64,000 nucleotides of DNA. Source: Iphione sp. A-MEVVRFRX5 (taxonomy: Eukaryota). The notes under the pieces were generated by a model that was given only the letters and a program-made list of their open reading frames with translations, was not told the DNA's origin and searched no databases. Of this stretch, positions 25,609 to 38,746 are shown in pieces. The DNA lies in the NCBI GenBank assembly GCA_976226885.1, contig OZ320321.1:21390001-21454000 (forward strand), in the 5' to 3' direction. Made by a program: the position numbers and the translations under genes. Positions within the stretch are counted from its first letter, which is position 1, and each line of letters begins with the position of its first letter.

Positions 25609-27816
25609 GGGGTCGGAAGTGTGAGATACCTACCCTTAGATATCCCCAGGCAACGAGCAGCAGGTGTCAAGATATTGCTCGGATATATCTGCGGAAATAT
25701 AGCATCATGTGGGATTGGCCGGAATCAAGGCGTGTCTGAGAGTAGCTCTTACGACTAATATCGGAGAGGCTCGTTGGCCTGGAGACACTAGATAATACTT
25801 CTAAAGACCAGGTGAAGGAGTGACACTAATGAGTGCAAGAGAAGGCTTCGTGAGGCCCAGGGAAGGAGCTGAAAAAGATCTTGATGAATGTGGGATATCC
25901 AGACTTGCCTGGCGTACGTTATTATAGCACACTGCACAAAATGACTCGCCTTTCTTCATATGGCGTGGAATAAAGATGATGCAGTTATTTTTCCTTGCTG
26001 CTTACACAGGGGTGATTGGTGGAGTAATACAATGGATCGTTCTGGATTAAATTGTTGTAGTATGTTTTTATAAATTTATCCCCTGATATTACAGGTAACA
26101 CACACACATATCTACTATTTAAATTCTTGTAAGGAGGCCTGGCCGAGGACTTATAGATGGATGTCCCTGAACAATCAAAAGAGTCGTTACGTGCCTGCAG
26201 ATCTACGAATTTCTAAAATATAGCAGGAACATTTCAAACGTTTAATGGAACAGAAATGTATGTGTGCATGCACTTCTTTTGATAGCCATGTTTATAGCGT
26301 TTCGTTATTATGTAAACAATGGCATTGTAGCAAATTGGAACGCTCTCTCATACTAAACTATTCGACTCCAGCAGCGTGGATATATAGGAGCTGGCGCTAT
26401 ACTGTAATGAAACAAAAGTTACTAACCATGTCTGGTACAGCTACTCCCATTAATCAATCAAGAGCCAAACTGGTGCACCCCAAACATGTTTGTTTGCATG
26501 TGACCATTCCATAGCTGTTATGTACTTCAGTTAATGTAATTCTTCTCAAACAACTTCACCAATTATGCTCTTTTTGTCGGTTTTCTAGGTCTTATGGGTG
26601 AGGAAACTGTCCATGGTACAGGAGACACTCTGAAAAACTCTGTCACCAGACAAATATTAAACTCGATATCAGCACACATTGGCCACCAGAGTTGCCATCC
26701 GCTCGTGAGATTTCTTTCTGTACAGGAATATTCACCATGAACAGTCTTTTTGACGTTTTTAACCCTGCAAGTAGTCACTGACATGTCAGAATGGTCAAAT
26801 TCTTAGCCTTCTAAAAAAAGCGCAGCAGCTTGGCAGTGAGTCTGTATAAGTGGTCCTGTTCCTGGTCTTTAGCTCAACAATGATGATTACATCCGTTAAC
26901 AAGCGCAGCATTTGCAATGTGGCTGCCGATTTCAATACACTTGACACCTTTTTACTTTTTTCCTTGGGGAATTTCATGGTTCCTCTCCGCAACACGTGAT
27001 TACATTCTGATGTTACTCGCTACATGACTTGTGATATTAGCAACCTTGAGTACAAGTGATTCATTATGACCACAAAAGGAAGATGAGAATACCTTAAGGT
27101 CGCGGATGACTAGAGCAAGAAACTTGATATTACTTAAAATCGATCATCCTGTTCATGAAGAAGTAGTATTGAGTAACTTCCTTTCCGAGGTTTAACCTTG
27201 TCCAGATCATTACTCAGGAGTTGTTTAGTAAAGTCGGACGGTTGGTTTCCAGCGATTGTTTTTCGATAAAATAATTATAGTAAAACGATCCGTTCTTTCG
27301 CATCTGTAACAAGTGAGAATTATTTTATAGAGACACTAGCTCACTATCCTTGTAACCTGTAACTAAATCATCCCTGATAAGATAGGCAAGAACCTGGCGT
27401 AATGTACGATAGAAAATTCGACCTCCATTTCTACATATATCATTAAGAAATCAAACTCCCCAAATTATTCCATATTAGAGCATGCGCGTTACATTCGATT
27501 GTCATCAACATGATTTACATTTGTTATTCAGTAACCGATAACCACTTAACCGACAATATTCCATAACCGACTGACGAGTAATCATGTATGGTGAAGTTCT
27601 AAAACCTATTCCCACAACAACAACTTCCATATTACCGACAATTCACATGGAAAGGCAAATGTCGGTTACGTGGTGGTACAGAGATTTATTTGTGTATAAG
27701 AATGTTTATTGCTTCCTTTATCCTGAGAGCTTTTCAGAATTTTCACCCGCTAAACATGTGTAAGACACAGTCACCTGCAAATCAGGGATGAAGCAACCAA
27801 TTGATTGCTGTACTAG

Positions 27817-28400
27817 TATGAGGACGGTCGTTTACGAACCTTCGTCCATGAAAACCAGAAAGTAACTTTGAAGAAGAGTCCGAAAAAGAAGCATGTCACA
27901 GCCTTGAAGGCCTTAAATTTCCTCACCTCTCTACTCACGAATGACAAACAAGGGATAAGTGCCCCTCGAAGTTGGAGCGCATTTTTGTTAAGGTAGCAAG
28001 ACAAAAAATATCACTTCAGAGTTTTTGTCATTGTATCTAAATTTTATATTCTTTTTTTTCAGGTTAAGGTCACTTACCTGGAAACAGGTTGCACTGAAAT
28101 TCTAGGCACGAAGTCTGCTATGAGATCAACATTTACCCTTTACCCTCAGTCAAGGAAGGTTTCCTGGACCAAGGTCAAAGGCTTCCTTGTTATGCCTTGG
28201 CTCCTCGTACTCATATCTAGAACCAATTTCTAGTATGCTACATTGTAACACTCAAGCCACATGGACTGTACAATAACAAGACTGTGACTAGGGACCCAAA
28301 AGTTCGACTTCATTCCTGATTATCACATGCCTTAATCAACCCCCGATTAAAAGGTGATGCACAACAGGGCTTATTGAAGAACAGCGGTTCTATCAAGGGT
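27817..28400 (+). pseudogene. decayed DNA-transposase-like ORF (Sola-type N-terminal region, tentative) with a candidate 70-nt intron
   Basis: YEDGRLRTFVHENQK...ALNFLTSL...LL|RLRSLTWKQVALKF*, then RSTF...PWLLVLISRTNF..AT and AQQ..EEQRFYQ across stops and frameshifts. GT at 27993 and a polypyrimidine-AG at 28062. Family similarity is from memory only. Confidence 0.4.
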
Positions 28401-28629
28401 AACAGTCACCCATTTCATTTCATTGTACCTTTAACTAGGAACTAGATATTCTCTATCACATGACAGAGCTCTTCCATATACTACATGGGTATCATACTAC
28501 AATCTATTGTTGAGAATTGAGAGACCAGAATACCCGGGGTTGGCCCCTTCTCTTATTTTGAACAGGTTTCTTAGGCCTTTTTGTGCATAAGGGACAGAAT
28601 ACTATACATCCACAGCCTTTTTACAAGTT

Positions 28630-28745
28630 GTGGACCACTGTGGGTTGGGCTACAGTAAATCTGCCTGGTCGTGATCAAGAGTCCCAAGCCTGGGATTGAA
28701 CCTGCAACCTCTCAATCGGTGGACCATATGCACATGTAGAGTACT
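28630..28745 (-). mobile_element. tRNA-derived SINE head remnant
   Basis: Minus strand GAGAGGTTGCAGGTTCAATCCCAGGC contains a Pol III B-box (28692-28702). No cloverleaf or clear A-box. Confidence 0.35.
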
Positions 28746-30079
28746 TAGGTTATCCTGCGTTTAACAGGATCCTGTGTTTGTCCATAGGCCTAGTGCTATA
28801 TGATAAACAGATATTCAAGGAACAGGCATTCTCTGGACACTCTTCGAAACAGGACTTTCTTACACACCACACCTTGTTAGTTTACGATAACCTATCATCG
28901 AGACTCGAGATACGGTTTTGATCCAGAATGGTGACAGAACGGCAGTGCCCAGCAGGGTAGGATGTACAAGAGGGAGGGTAGTAAGGAGGTACTTGAGAGC
29001 AGATAAATCATCAGCAGAAGGGACAGAGCAACAGGAATGAGTGAGGACCTATTGAGCTAAGTGAGGGGAAGATTTTCATCAATTTTCAGATCTCCATTAT
29101 CAATACCTCTCAAATGGTAGACTTTATGTAGTCGGCACACGAGTCCAATACTTTCTTGTTTGTTTTGTACAATTGACTCATTTCTGTACCATCATGTAGC
29201 CATGCCTACCCATCACATGACATGACAGTCATACTTTTACTATGGTCATGTACAATGTTCAAAATATAGAAAGCTTTCTAGTCAGAGTATAAGTGTACTG
29301 CATTTTCTCATAAACTTTGGAAATAAATATAGATGGCTCACCATGTTCTCAATGGATATATGTCCATAATAATTCTAATATGGTCATGCATGAGCACAGT
29401 GTTGCTCAAATGTCATCTGTGTGGATTGGTTGACACATGAGAGTGAGTCACATGATAATATGGCAATACATCATCGGTTATAAAAAAAACCTTGGGTGGA
29501 CAGATATAATGACTGTAAAACATGTTATGTGGTGAAAATGTCAAATGCAAGTAACTTTATACAAGAGAAACAGTCCCTCTCTATGTATATTCATTTGTGG
29601 ATCCTGCTCTGTGTATTGTGCATATCATACAGATTTGGTGGTATAGGTTACATACATATATGTTTATATCTATTTATATATAAGCAGGACCCCAGCTTTG
29701 ATATGAAAAGCCGTCTTGAATATTGAAAGATGCTCTTAATTAAGAGAGTGGGCACTGGTAATCGATAATGGAAGCTCCTCATTAAATAGAAGCAAGAATT
29801 ATGTCAAAGTGTGAAATATTGGAATTATATTTTACGAGGTGATTTAATTAACTTTTATCTCATGCCACCTTATGCCGACAAAAAGCCTGCCCAATGCGTG
29901 ATTACAGCATATATACAGCCCCAGGGAACAGAGACAGAGACACTGCATAGCTTTACGACCGCTTTCGCAGTTGTACTGAACAAATCCGTCTTACTGCGTC
30001 CGTTTTTCTGTCTCTTCTTCCCATTTCAGGGTACCGATATACTGCCACACGCACAGAAGGGGCCACCGAGATACCTGTT

Positions 30080-30240
30080 TAATCTCAGGCGTTCTCGTGA
30101 GACGACACCGGCACTCCGTCCTGAAATTCATCCGCTTTCTGTTGAACGAACACAGGGATAAGGTACCAGTCTAATCTCGCGAGATTTCGGGTTGTCCCAC
30201 GAGGAATCGTGCCGCTCGTGAACGTGCTTATTTAAAGGCG
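30080..30240. promoter_or_regulatory. promoter-like region with TCTCGCGAGA palindrome
   Basis: Perfect 14-bp palindrome AATCTCGCGAGATT at 30173-30186 and variant TCTCGTGAGA at 30093-30102. Confidence 0.35.
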
Positions 30241-30877
30241 ACAATGTACGGACACCAGATCGATGCATTTGATAGTCTAAGTGCGGTGAAAGTGGAACCT
30301 TTGTATTCAGTAGGTCTGTTTTTCAGCATTCCCGAATGGTGTTAACTACCACATAGGTAAACCAATATATAATCGAACATAGCAGACCATGTATCTGAAC
30401 TACTAATTATACATTTAAATCTAATGAACGCAGTAGGCAATCGTAAGTTTTCAAATTGTTTTTGTTTTATGCCCAACTAAGAGGCCGGGATATCAAAATA
30501 TATTACTGATAAAACGGTGAAGTGACAGGCACATACATGCGTAATCAGCCATGGCTTCTTCCTGGACCATCAGCCTAGACTAAACCCACTTACCATCTTG
30601 CTGAAGAACTAACTCAATTGAAACCTGCCGCTCCACTCACCAACCATCACTCCTGTCCCAACCTAAACCGCCCTCAATCGCCATCCATCCTCAACGGCTT
30701 TGAAAAGACGCTCGACTGATGCTCTCACTAGATGGCTTTCGAGGCGTGTCGCGTGACCAAGGCTAATGATGCCCGAGTCACATGACTACCGCCGAACGGC
30801 GCGACAAGTCGACACCCTCCCTGGTGGGATATTTGGCGGAAGGAAGCGGGAGGGGGGAGCAGTCAAGAAGCAACGGG

Positions 30878-31030
30878 AAAGAGGCAGAGGCAGAGAGTGA
30901 GAGAAAGAGAGAGAGAGATATATATATATAGAGAGAGAGAGGAAAATAAAGAGACACAGAGAGAAAAAAACAGACAGGGAGACACAAAGGGGGCAGAGAA
31001 GGAGAGGAGGACGCAGAGAGACAGGCAGAT
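30878..31030. repeat. (GA)n/(TA)n compound polypurine-rich tract
   Basis: Visible runs. Confidence 0.85.
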
Positions 31031-31776
31031 ATACTGTGACAAACACCTCCCACGGTCATTGAGGCATAACGACGACATTGCAACACTAGCTAAGATTGAA
31101 ATTTGCCCTCCCAAGGACACATTTCTAAAGAAGCTCATAATATCTAAAGTCTTCTCTGTACAGTGTTCCCTCATTAGCATTCTTCCGTAAAGGAAACGCA
31201 GATAGAGGGCTAGTTATAGCACCTAATTGATATTTACCTAAGAAACAGATTGTCTAAATGACAACCAGAATGTTGAGCTCAATGCCCGAAATACGAAAGA
31301 CAACACCAAGAAGAGAGAAACTGACACTGACAAAATAGAGACTGACACAATATGGAACTCAACGCCAAGAATGTGGAAACCATATGGTCAGCTTCGGCTC
31401 GATTTAACGTTTGTAACACGAGGTGCAGAGATAACGGTCATTTCAAGTACACCAACATTTGTCAGTGCATGAATTACACTTTGACGCTTTGATAGATTCA
31501 ATCAACATTGTCTGTTTTGTCGTCGATTCCATTATGTTTGAAATTCGAACATTGTGTGCATGGCATTGAATGTCGCCTTGTGTGCTGTCAATGTTTGTAT
31601 ATATTAACTTTTAAACAGGGAAGTGCGTCCATTTTTACACTCAAACTCCATCAAGCAAGAAAGTGGGCTCATTTTTACAATCAAAATCCATTCATGACTA
31701 AAAATTGTTCATTTTTCACTGAGAAGAAGATGTCAGCTTTGACTGTACGTGATGATATTAGTATAAATTGTTTGCG

Positions 31777-32000
31777 ATGATGTTGGTGTTAATGATTGTA
31801 TTGATGTTAATATTCATCGTTGTGTTGATGGTGATTTCAATTGTTTGTACATATGGTGGTATTGATGATTGTGATGATGTCGCTATTGATTGTTTGAGAA
31901 GATGTTGCTATTAATTGCTTGTGATGATGTTCACGTTGGTAATTTTCTTATGAGGTTGGTATTCATTGTTTGTGATCCTGTTGGTGGTTATGACTGTGAT
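31777..32000. repeat. degenerate (GAT/GTT)n trinucleotide low-complexity tract
   Basis: TGATGTTGGTGTTAATGATTGTATTGATG-type periodicity. Confidence 0.8.
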
Positions 32001-35000
32001 GATCATAAAGATGCGCCAACAACATTTCCTAGGCCAACAGGCACAATAGCACCAAGGTCATCACCAGCATTATATATTCCTTAGACCTGGGACATGTTTA
32101 GCGTTGCTCCTTTAGTCGACAGCATGAATTATGTTGAAAGTTCCTCAGGTTCGGGGTGTAAACCAAGAGCTGGTTTCCTCGTACTGTACACATCGTTCAA
32201 AGCTTAATCAGCATGTTGACCACGTTTTTATTCCCAACAAGTATTTTTGGTACTTGCACTGGTTGTTGTCTGTTTATTGTCAAAGGTCAAGTCATTGGCT
32301 TATTACTTCAACGAGCTGAAGAAGTAGTACAGGGTATACCACTGGTTTGGTAAATACTCTCTCTTTTGACAATAAGTATCTGGTAATGCCTATTATTTAA
32401 TACACTTCCCCACACAATGTCAAGTGAACAAATAAAAGAGCAACTATAATTAAATCAAATATGTCTGAGAGAGCTAGTAGGAAGGAACCAATGAACCGAA
32501 CTACTGTTGGTTCTACTTCTTGCAGCCCTTTTATACAAAGTAGTGTAATCACCATCACAAAAGGTCTATTTCTAAGTAATTCATGTCCAATAAGGAAATC
32601 ATCAAAAATGGTACACTGGATACCTCTAGTAGCGATATCCACCATGGTAGAATATTAATGTGTACATGTAGGTTTAGTTCTTTTAACTACACAGTCCACT
32701 GGTAAATCTTAGGGTTATTTTTGTCTGTTAGTAATTGCTTTGGCATGTTTTGATTAAATGTTCTTGTTGAAATATTTTTCCATTTCCGACTGCAAAATCA
32801 TATGTTATTTTTTCATTGTAGTTCCTGGAAATTTCATCAAACCTGGATTAATGAAACGCAGTCTTTTGATAGGTCCACAAAAGGTGTTTTATATAACATA
32901 TTTGATCATCTTGTAAGGAGTTTACCTTTTTCCCTATGGATTTATTTTCCAGTCTCTCTCCTGCAGTCTCTTTACATAACCCCTCATTTCAACTAACTGA
33001 TATGCACAGATGTCCTGTATGAGTTCTCCATCCTGAAGCAGCACAGCGCACACGAGAGTATATCCAGAAGGAAGAAATATGCGGCCGGTATAGCCAGTAG
33101 ATCATAGTGTACTTGTGTCCAGGGAGTTGGTAACCATGCCGTGTTCCCAGGCTTGATAACCACCACACATAAAGGGATTTTCCCCGGGCACAGACCCTCA
33201 GGCAGCTGGAAAGAAAGTCCTGCTTGGCAAATGGCGTAGAATATGAGAAAATGTCGAAAATGTTAAATCGTGGAAATAATATATAAAGTAACCACACTTG
33301 CCTACGATAATGTATAATCAAGGCACATATGAATGGAGACGCTGATATATTGTGATGGACTGGTTGGAAAGAAATCAAATTAGAGGAGGCTCAGATTAAA
33401 ACTCACATTCCCACATGGTGACGCAGAAAGGCTGGAGAAATAAAAGAAAGGGATCACGATGTTGAGCAGTCTTTGTAATTATTACACATAATTATGTGAG
33501 AGAAGGGATTGTAATACATGTATCTTTTTGAGAATGCCATCGGGGCTAGGATAAGCAAATCCCAGCAGACAGCGACAATGGAACATTATGAGAAAGAGTA
33601 CGAACTATTTAGAGCCATGCATGTGATTTGCACATTATATAGTAAGGCACTGTGTGTCACTTAAAACATAGCTATGCCCTAAACAAAAGCAGCCCTTTTC
33701 AAATATACACATGGCACTTTTAACACAAACGCATTTATTATTGATAGAATGAAATCCAATGACACCTTAGACGCCTCCTTCATTCACTGTGTCTGCAACA
33801 GGCCACAATGGATGCGTCCAAGTTCGAGCTTGAATTGTCGAGTCAAGTAGATCACTTTCAAGGTTGTTTTTATGCATTTGGACACCAAAGACGAATTTTA
33901 CATGAATTTGAATATGAGGATATCCAGGAATACCTAGCAGTCTTACAACTGGGCTCAAACTCTATTTACGGATTGGAATGGTTGGAAAGATGATTCACGA
34001 AAATGTGAAAAATGGCACATATTTCTGCTGGAGTCTAGCGATGTACCACTCCTGGCGTATTGGCTCTCTCGCTCATTACTATAGTTAGGAAGAAAGACAA
34101 CAGCGATAAACCCCCTGGTAAGCACAAATGTAATAGTCTATATGACATGTTTTTCCCAATCTATTATACTAAAACAACTGGGTTTCTTTTCTGGGCACTC
34201 TCACTATCATAGTTGCCAGCATTCAGCATTAGAAATACATGAAATAGGCCTGATGTCTATCTGGATTTCCATCCAAAGATAAACAGACAAAATCACATAG
34301 CCGATCAGTATATATTTAGCACTTTAATGGCTTAAAATACCTAACAATGGACCCCTTCTACTATGGACAACACAGGGACTAACCAAGAACGGTGCATAAA
34401 AAGGGGTGTCCTTTATAGCAGGAGTATTTGTAAACATGATTTCATAGCTTGGTTCTTTTTCCAGTCTGTACAGTTTGATGAAGTTAGCAAAAACCCTAAC
34501 AGGCAAGTTCAGTTCCGAGTCCACTCCATGTGGGGTTAAGCATTATGCTCAAACCAGCAATCCAAGGAGCACTGTGAGTCTGTTTGAGAAGTATCTTGGT
34601 TGCATACCTAAGAATAAACGATTATATTGGCGACTACTCCAAACGTCAAGAGGAGAATTACTTTCAGTTCACAGCATGTAGGTACCAGTAAGCTCAGCGG
34701 ACACATGCAGGCCATGTCTCAAGTGGGGGGGCTTACTCTTGTTAGGGAGGCAATTCTTTTTAACTATCGCTGTCCCCTTCCCCCTTCAATATAGATTTCC
34801 TTTGACAAAATATCTTTTACAGTACTACACAAGTCTTGTTGATTTACGGTGCATGTGTTAGTATGGCATTTACATTCTTCAACGTACACACAGTCTGGTG
34901 AAATAGACACAATGTTACCTTTTCATAGACATGTACAAACCATATCGATCAAGTGTGTACATACCAGGGTCGCATTTATGCAAACATGACCTCTCTTTAT

Positions 35001-35032
35001 GTATGTGTATACGCGTACGAGTCAGTGTGTTG

Positions 35033-35059
35033 GTGTGTGTGTGTGTGTGTGTGTGTGTG
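35033..35059. repeat. (GT)n microsatellite
   Basis: Visible run. Confidence 0.95.
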
Positions 35060-36569
35060 AAGACACTGGTGCCTATAAACATATAACCATCGCTCACCAG
35101 GCAGGCAGGTAAAGCCGCCTGAACGACTGCGTCCCCACTCTCTCCCCCCCTCTCCCCTTCTCCGCTCCCCCAGTGCTCCTCTCGAACATTGATCTTGACT
35201 TATTGATTGCCCGCCCATGTGCCACAACAACAGTTCGATTACACAGTCTATTGACAGCTGCAGGCCGCCTGCTTACCTGTCTAAAAGCTGCCCCTCCTCA
35301 AGTGGCCTCGGTTCTCGCTTCCTTCACCAGCCATACATTGATTCTTTTTGTTGGTACCTCTTTTTTTGAGTCTGGCGTTCTGTTGTGGTGCTCCAGGCAC
35401 AACAGGTGTGGTGGTTGAGTTTCGTCGGGCACGCATCGATAAAGGGTCAGCTTGGTCGGCGATTGCAGATTTTTTTTCTAAGATGCAGCGCTTGTGCCGC
35501 AGAATTTATTTAAGTTCGGGCGACGAGCTTTCTCCTACTCTATTGCTCCTCCCCTTTTCTCTTCTCCTGTTCCATTTAGTCCGTCGTTAGTGATTAAGGT
35601 TCTAGCTGCTGCCTTGTTGTCTCCTTCATGTTGGGACAATTATTTGCTGCCAGCCCTTTCCCACCCACCCACCCACCCATCCCCACCATGACAAATTACG
35701 ACAGAAACTGAAGGCCAAATATCCCTCGAAGGTTTCTGATCTTCCTCAGCGCACATAGGTTCAAGGCTCAAATGAGTGCCTCCTAGCAAGCCCACACGGA
35801 AGCGAATCAATAAACGTGTGAGCATTGGATTCAGCTTGAGTAAGGAATTCAGCATTTAGAAATACTTAGAAAAGGGATCTGTGTGAAATCAAAATCTCCG
35901 CAGAAGTCTCTGGCAAAAAACTGGATATCAGATAACCCATCTTTGGCAATGCCCAGGATTGCATAGCTATGCACAAAAACTCCTAATTTTCAAATGCTAA
36001 ACGGTAGAAACCAACTGAAAGATGAACCCGTGTAAGGACGCCATAACTTGAGCCAAACCAAGATTTTAAAGATCCGAAAAATATTTTTCTATATACCGTT
36101 GATCTTCACTACATCGAGGACTCAAAATATTGAACATGTTAGGTTACAAAAGAATATTATAATGACTCAGTACTTCACATGATTCAGCACTTCAGGCAGA
36201 CGTTTGGCAGCCCTAGAGATTCGACGAAGCAACATCTGACCGGACTTGGCCTCATTTGGTAGTCTTCAGCGATTTTCCAAGCCCATTCAATTACTTTCTT
36301 AACCGTTAATATTAATCTTTAGTTTTTTTAACGTCAGTCCATATCAGTCCATCTGGTTGGAAGCCTAGTGGCTCTCTGATCAAAAATTGTATCCAGTAAT
36401 AAAACGCCCCATTTTAGCAAGACATGTTTATTGATTCATTCTAAAGCCGTATATCTCGACCTCTTGTAAATAACATATGTAAGAAAGGCATAAACTGTTG
36501 CAGGTTATCCAATCCACATTGGCACCCTCCATACTCTACAGAGAAGAAAATTACGAAACAAAGTGGCAT

Positions 36570-36670
36570 TGCTGCAATGGTTGCACCAAGGGCAGCCTGA
36601 TACTGAACCCAGGCCGACTAGCTTCCAGTGAATGCAGCAAACAACATGTGCCACTCTAACCCTCGCCTTC
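36570..36670 (-). mobile_element. possible degraded tRNA-derived SINE fragment
   Basis: Plus strand CTGAACCCAGGCCGACTAGCTTCCAG...ACTCTAACC is the reverse complement of a degenerate A-box/B-box head. Confidence 0.25.
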
Positions 36671-37009
36671 TTTCAGAAGGTACATGTAGACCTGTACATA
36701 ATGTCCATTTAAGTATTTGGGGGAACGATGATTAAGCATTCGCAGACACACTGTGTTCAGTAGAGGGCTTGAACCGTTTATATACATGTACATGTATTAA
36801 CATCTTCTACAGATACCAGGTTGTACCATGAAACATCCATTTGATATAAAATAGCCCCGACAATTAAATGATAAACAGTAATCATGAGGAACCTCCTGAT
36901 TAACACACTGGAGATGGGAGCCAGGTAGACTCCTGTGTGTGGTACAGCTTGATGTATATGTATGTCGACCACTGCGATAGTACAGGTGTGTTGAATGAAA
37001 GCAGTAAAC

Positions 37010-37330
37010 ACGCCTAGTCGTGGCGGCGGCAGTGGAACGAAACCTGCGCCTGAGCACGGCCGACCAATTAGCTTGCTCTACAGAAATGGCCATGTCAACG
37101 ACCTTCGATCCACAGCCAATTGGAAGGCTCGACACATGGGGGCGGCTCTGTTTTGTGACGGTTAAGGATGACAGCCTCTGATTGGGACGTGAAAGCCCGC
37201 GCCCAACGAGACAATGCGAGACGTGCTCGATCAATATTCAGAATGTAGCGATAGCTAATAGGGTCACGAGACTTGGTACGAGACTTTAATCAATGGGTGT
37301 CACTGGCCGGCTGTTACTAGCTGCAAAATC
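37010..37330. promoter_or_regulatory. CpG-rich promoter-like region with three CCAAT boxes and a GC box
   Basis: CCAAT at 37064 and 37116 (CCAATTGG), ATTGG at 37181, GGGGGCGGCT at 37138-37147. Local CpG density is visibly high. Confidence 0.4.
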
Positions 37331-38462
37331 CTGCGTTTTCGGAGGTTTTCGCAGTCTTTCACGGAAATGTTAAAAGAAATAGCTTGCTTGATGTTTCATT
37401 TTGAAAATTTTCATCGCGACCGCTTGTTTCATGTACATGTATATGACATGTATATGACGCAGTTTAGCCTAGTCTTTCATGGTTTTTCTCACAGTTGTTA
37501 TCATCCTGTTCTCATGGCTTTGACGTACCTGTCAGGCGTTCACTTGACTAAAGCGGCTTATTCTATTTCTTCCTATCATTCCTCGTCAAATTATTGTCCC
37601 CCATTGTTTTGATCCTCCAACCGTCTTCGTTCTACCCTCCCTTATCTAGCCAGGTGTTTAACAGCTTTGCTGATTGATCCCTCGAATCTAAACACCCCAT
37701 CCACCTCGTCTTTCTGATTCTCTCACGCTGTGAAGCTGAAACCGGTTCTGTCTCCCTGGTCGCATTCTTCCCTTCTGTGGCTCCATTTTAGTACAGCTTG
37801 TCGCTGCTCATCTTGCAGTTCATAAATTTATGTGTCTTTGCACAAACCTAGCAGCGCCGGGTCTCGATCAGTACTACTTCTGCTCCTGCAGTCGAACCAA
37901 TCCTCCCCTCGACCATTCCGCCTGTCCTTTCCTATTCTAGATTACGGTAGATTCCTGATCCTGACATCGTATGAAAATCTTGCGAGGATTAAAAAAAGTG
38001 AAAGTACATGCCGCCCCTATGGTAAGCGTTACCAGAATTAACCCCACAGATCCTAGGTAAGACCTCCTATAGTTATGAATCTTTCGGGGAACAATCCTCA
38101 TCAGATTCATAATGATATCAGATTATCGATAAGGTAAATGTGATAAAAAAAAGTCCGTTTGATACATTACAATCAACAATGAATGTGAGATTGGTTGCCT
38201 ATAGATATTTAATTATCTGGTTGCGCTGTCGCGAAACCCTTCTGAACTGTGAGTGATATGAGACAAATAGATGTCACAGAAGCCATCCAGATGTTCATAT
38301 TCAGGGAAAAACTTGCGTAAAGGGCCGACAGATCAGTGACTGAAGCGGAAAAGGTGTGGTAACAGTTTGGGCCGCAGGTATTTGGGATGAAAATGCTGTA
38401 AACTACATGCTGGCGTGCAGGTCCACGGAGGGAAGGCTTTGATCCCGAAGTGATAGTGATAA

Positions 38463-38746
38463 GGACTATAAAGAATAATTGTGTTTCTGGTAACATACTG
38501 AAAAAAACATAGGGTCAGCAGTTTTGTTTATTATTTTGTTATCGCTAAGAGATCCTGAAAACTACCTATGTATGTTTCCAAACCCTACTATACCACTGGA
38601 TTATGACAAAACTGATGTAAAATAAGATGCACTGACCTAAGAAATAGAATGGTATATTATATAAGTCTTTATCATTATTCATTCCAAAGGTATTTTCGTA
38701 AAACAGTCGGGTTACGGGAAATACATTTATTTTTTTTGTTTACGGC
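38463..38746. mobile_element. PIF/Harbinger-like MITE, copy C (284 bp)
   Basis: taa|GGACTATAAAGAATAATTGTGTTTCTGGTAAC ... GTTACGGGAAATACATTTATTTTTTTTGTTTACGGC|taa: same TIR family and TAA TSD. Confidence 0.6.

Noticed and set aside
14074-26392. Shared 14-mer TATATAGGAGCTGG at ~14076 and ~26379
   Set aside because: Flanks do not align, and matches of this length are expected by chance in a window this size.
31620-31745. Apparent AG/GT-bounded 42-codon exon
   Set aside because: Built from three copies of a CATTTTTACA.TCAAA-like repeat, so it is more likely repeat DNA.
32227-32253. Minus-strand VPKILVGNK, a Rab/Ras G4-like motif (possible processed pseudogene)
   Set aside because: No P-loop or WDTAGQE at the right spacing, and flanking frames are full of stops. 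Nine residues alone are not enough.
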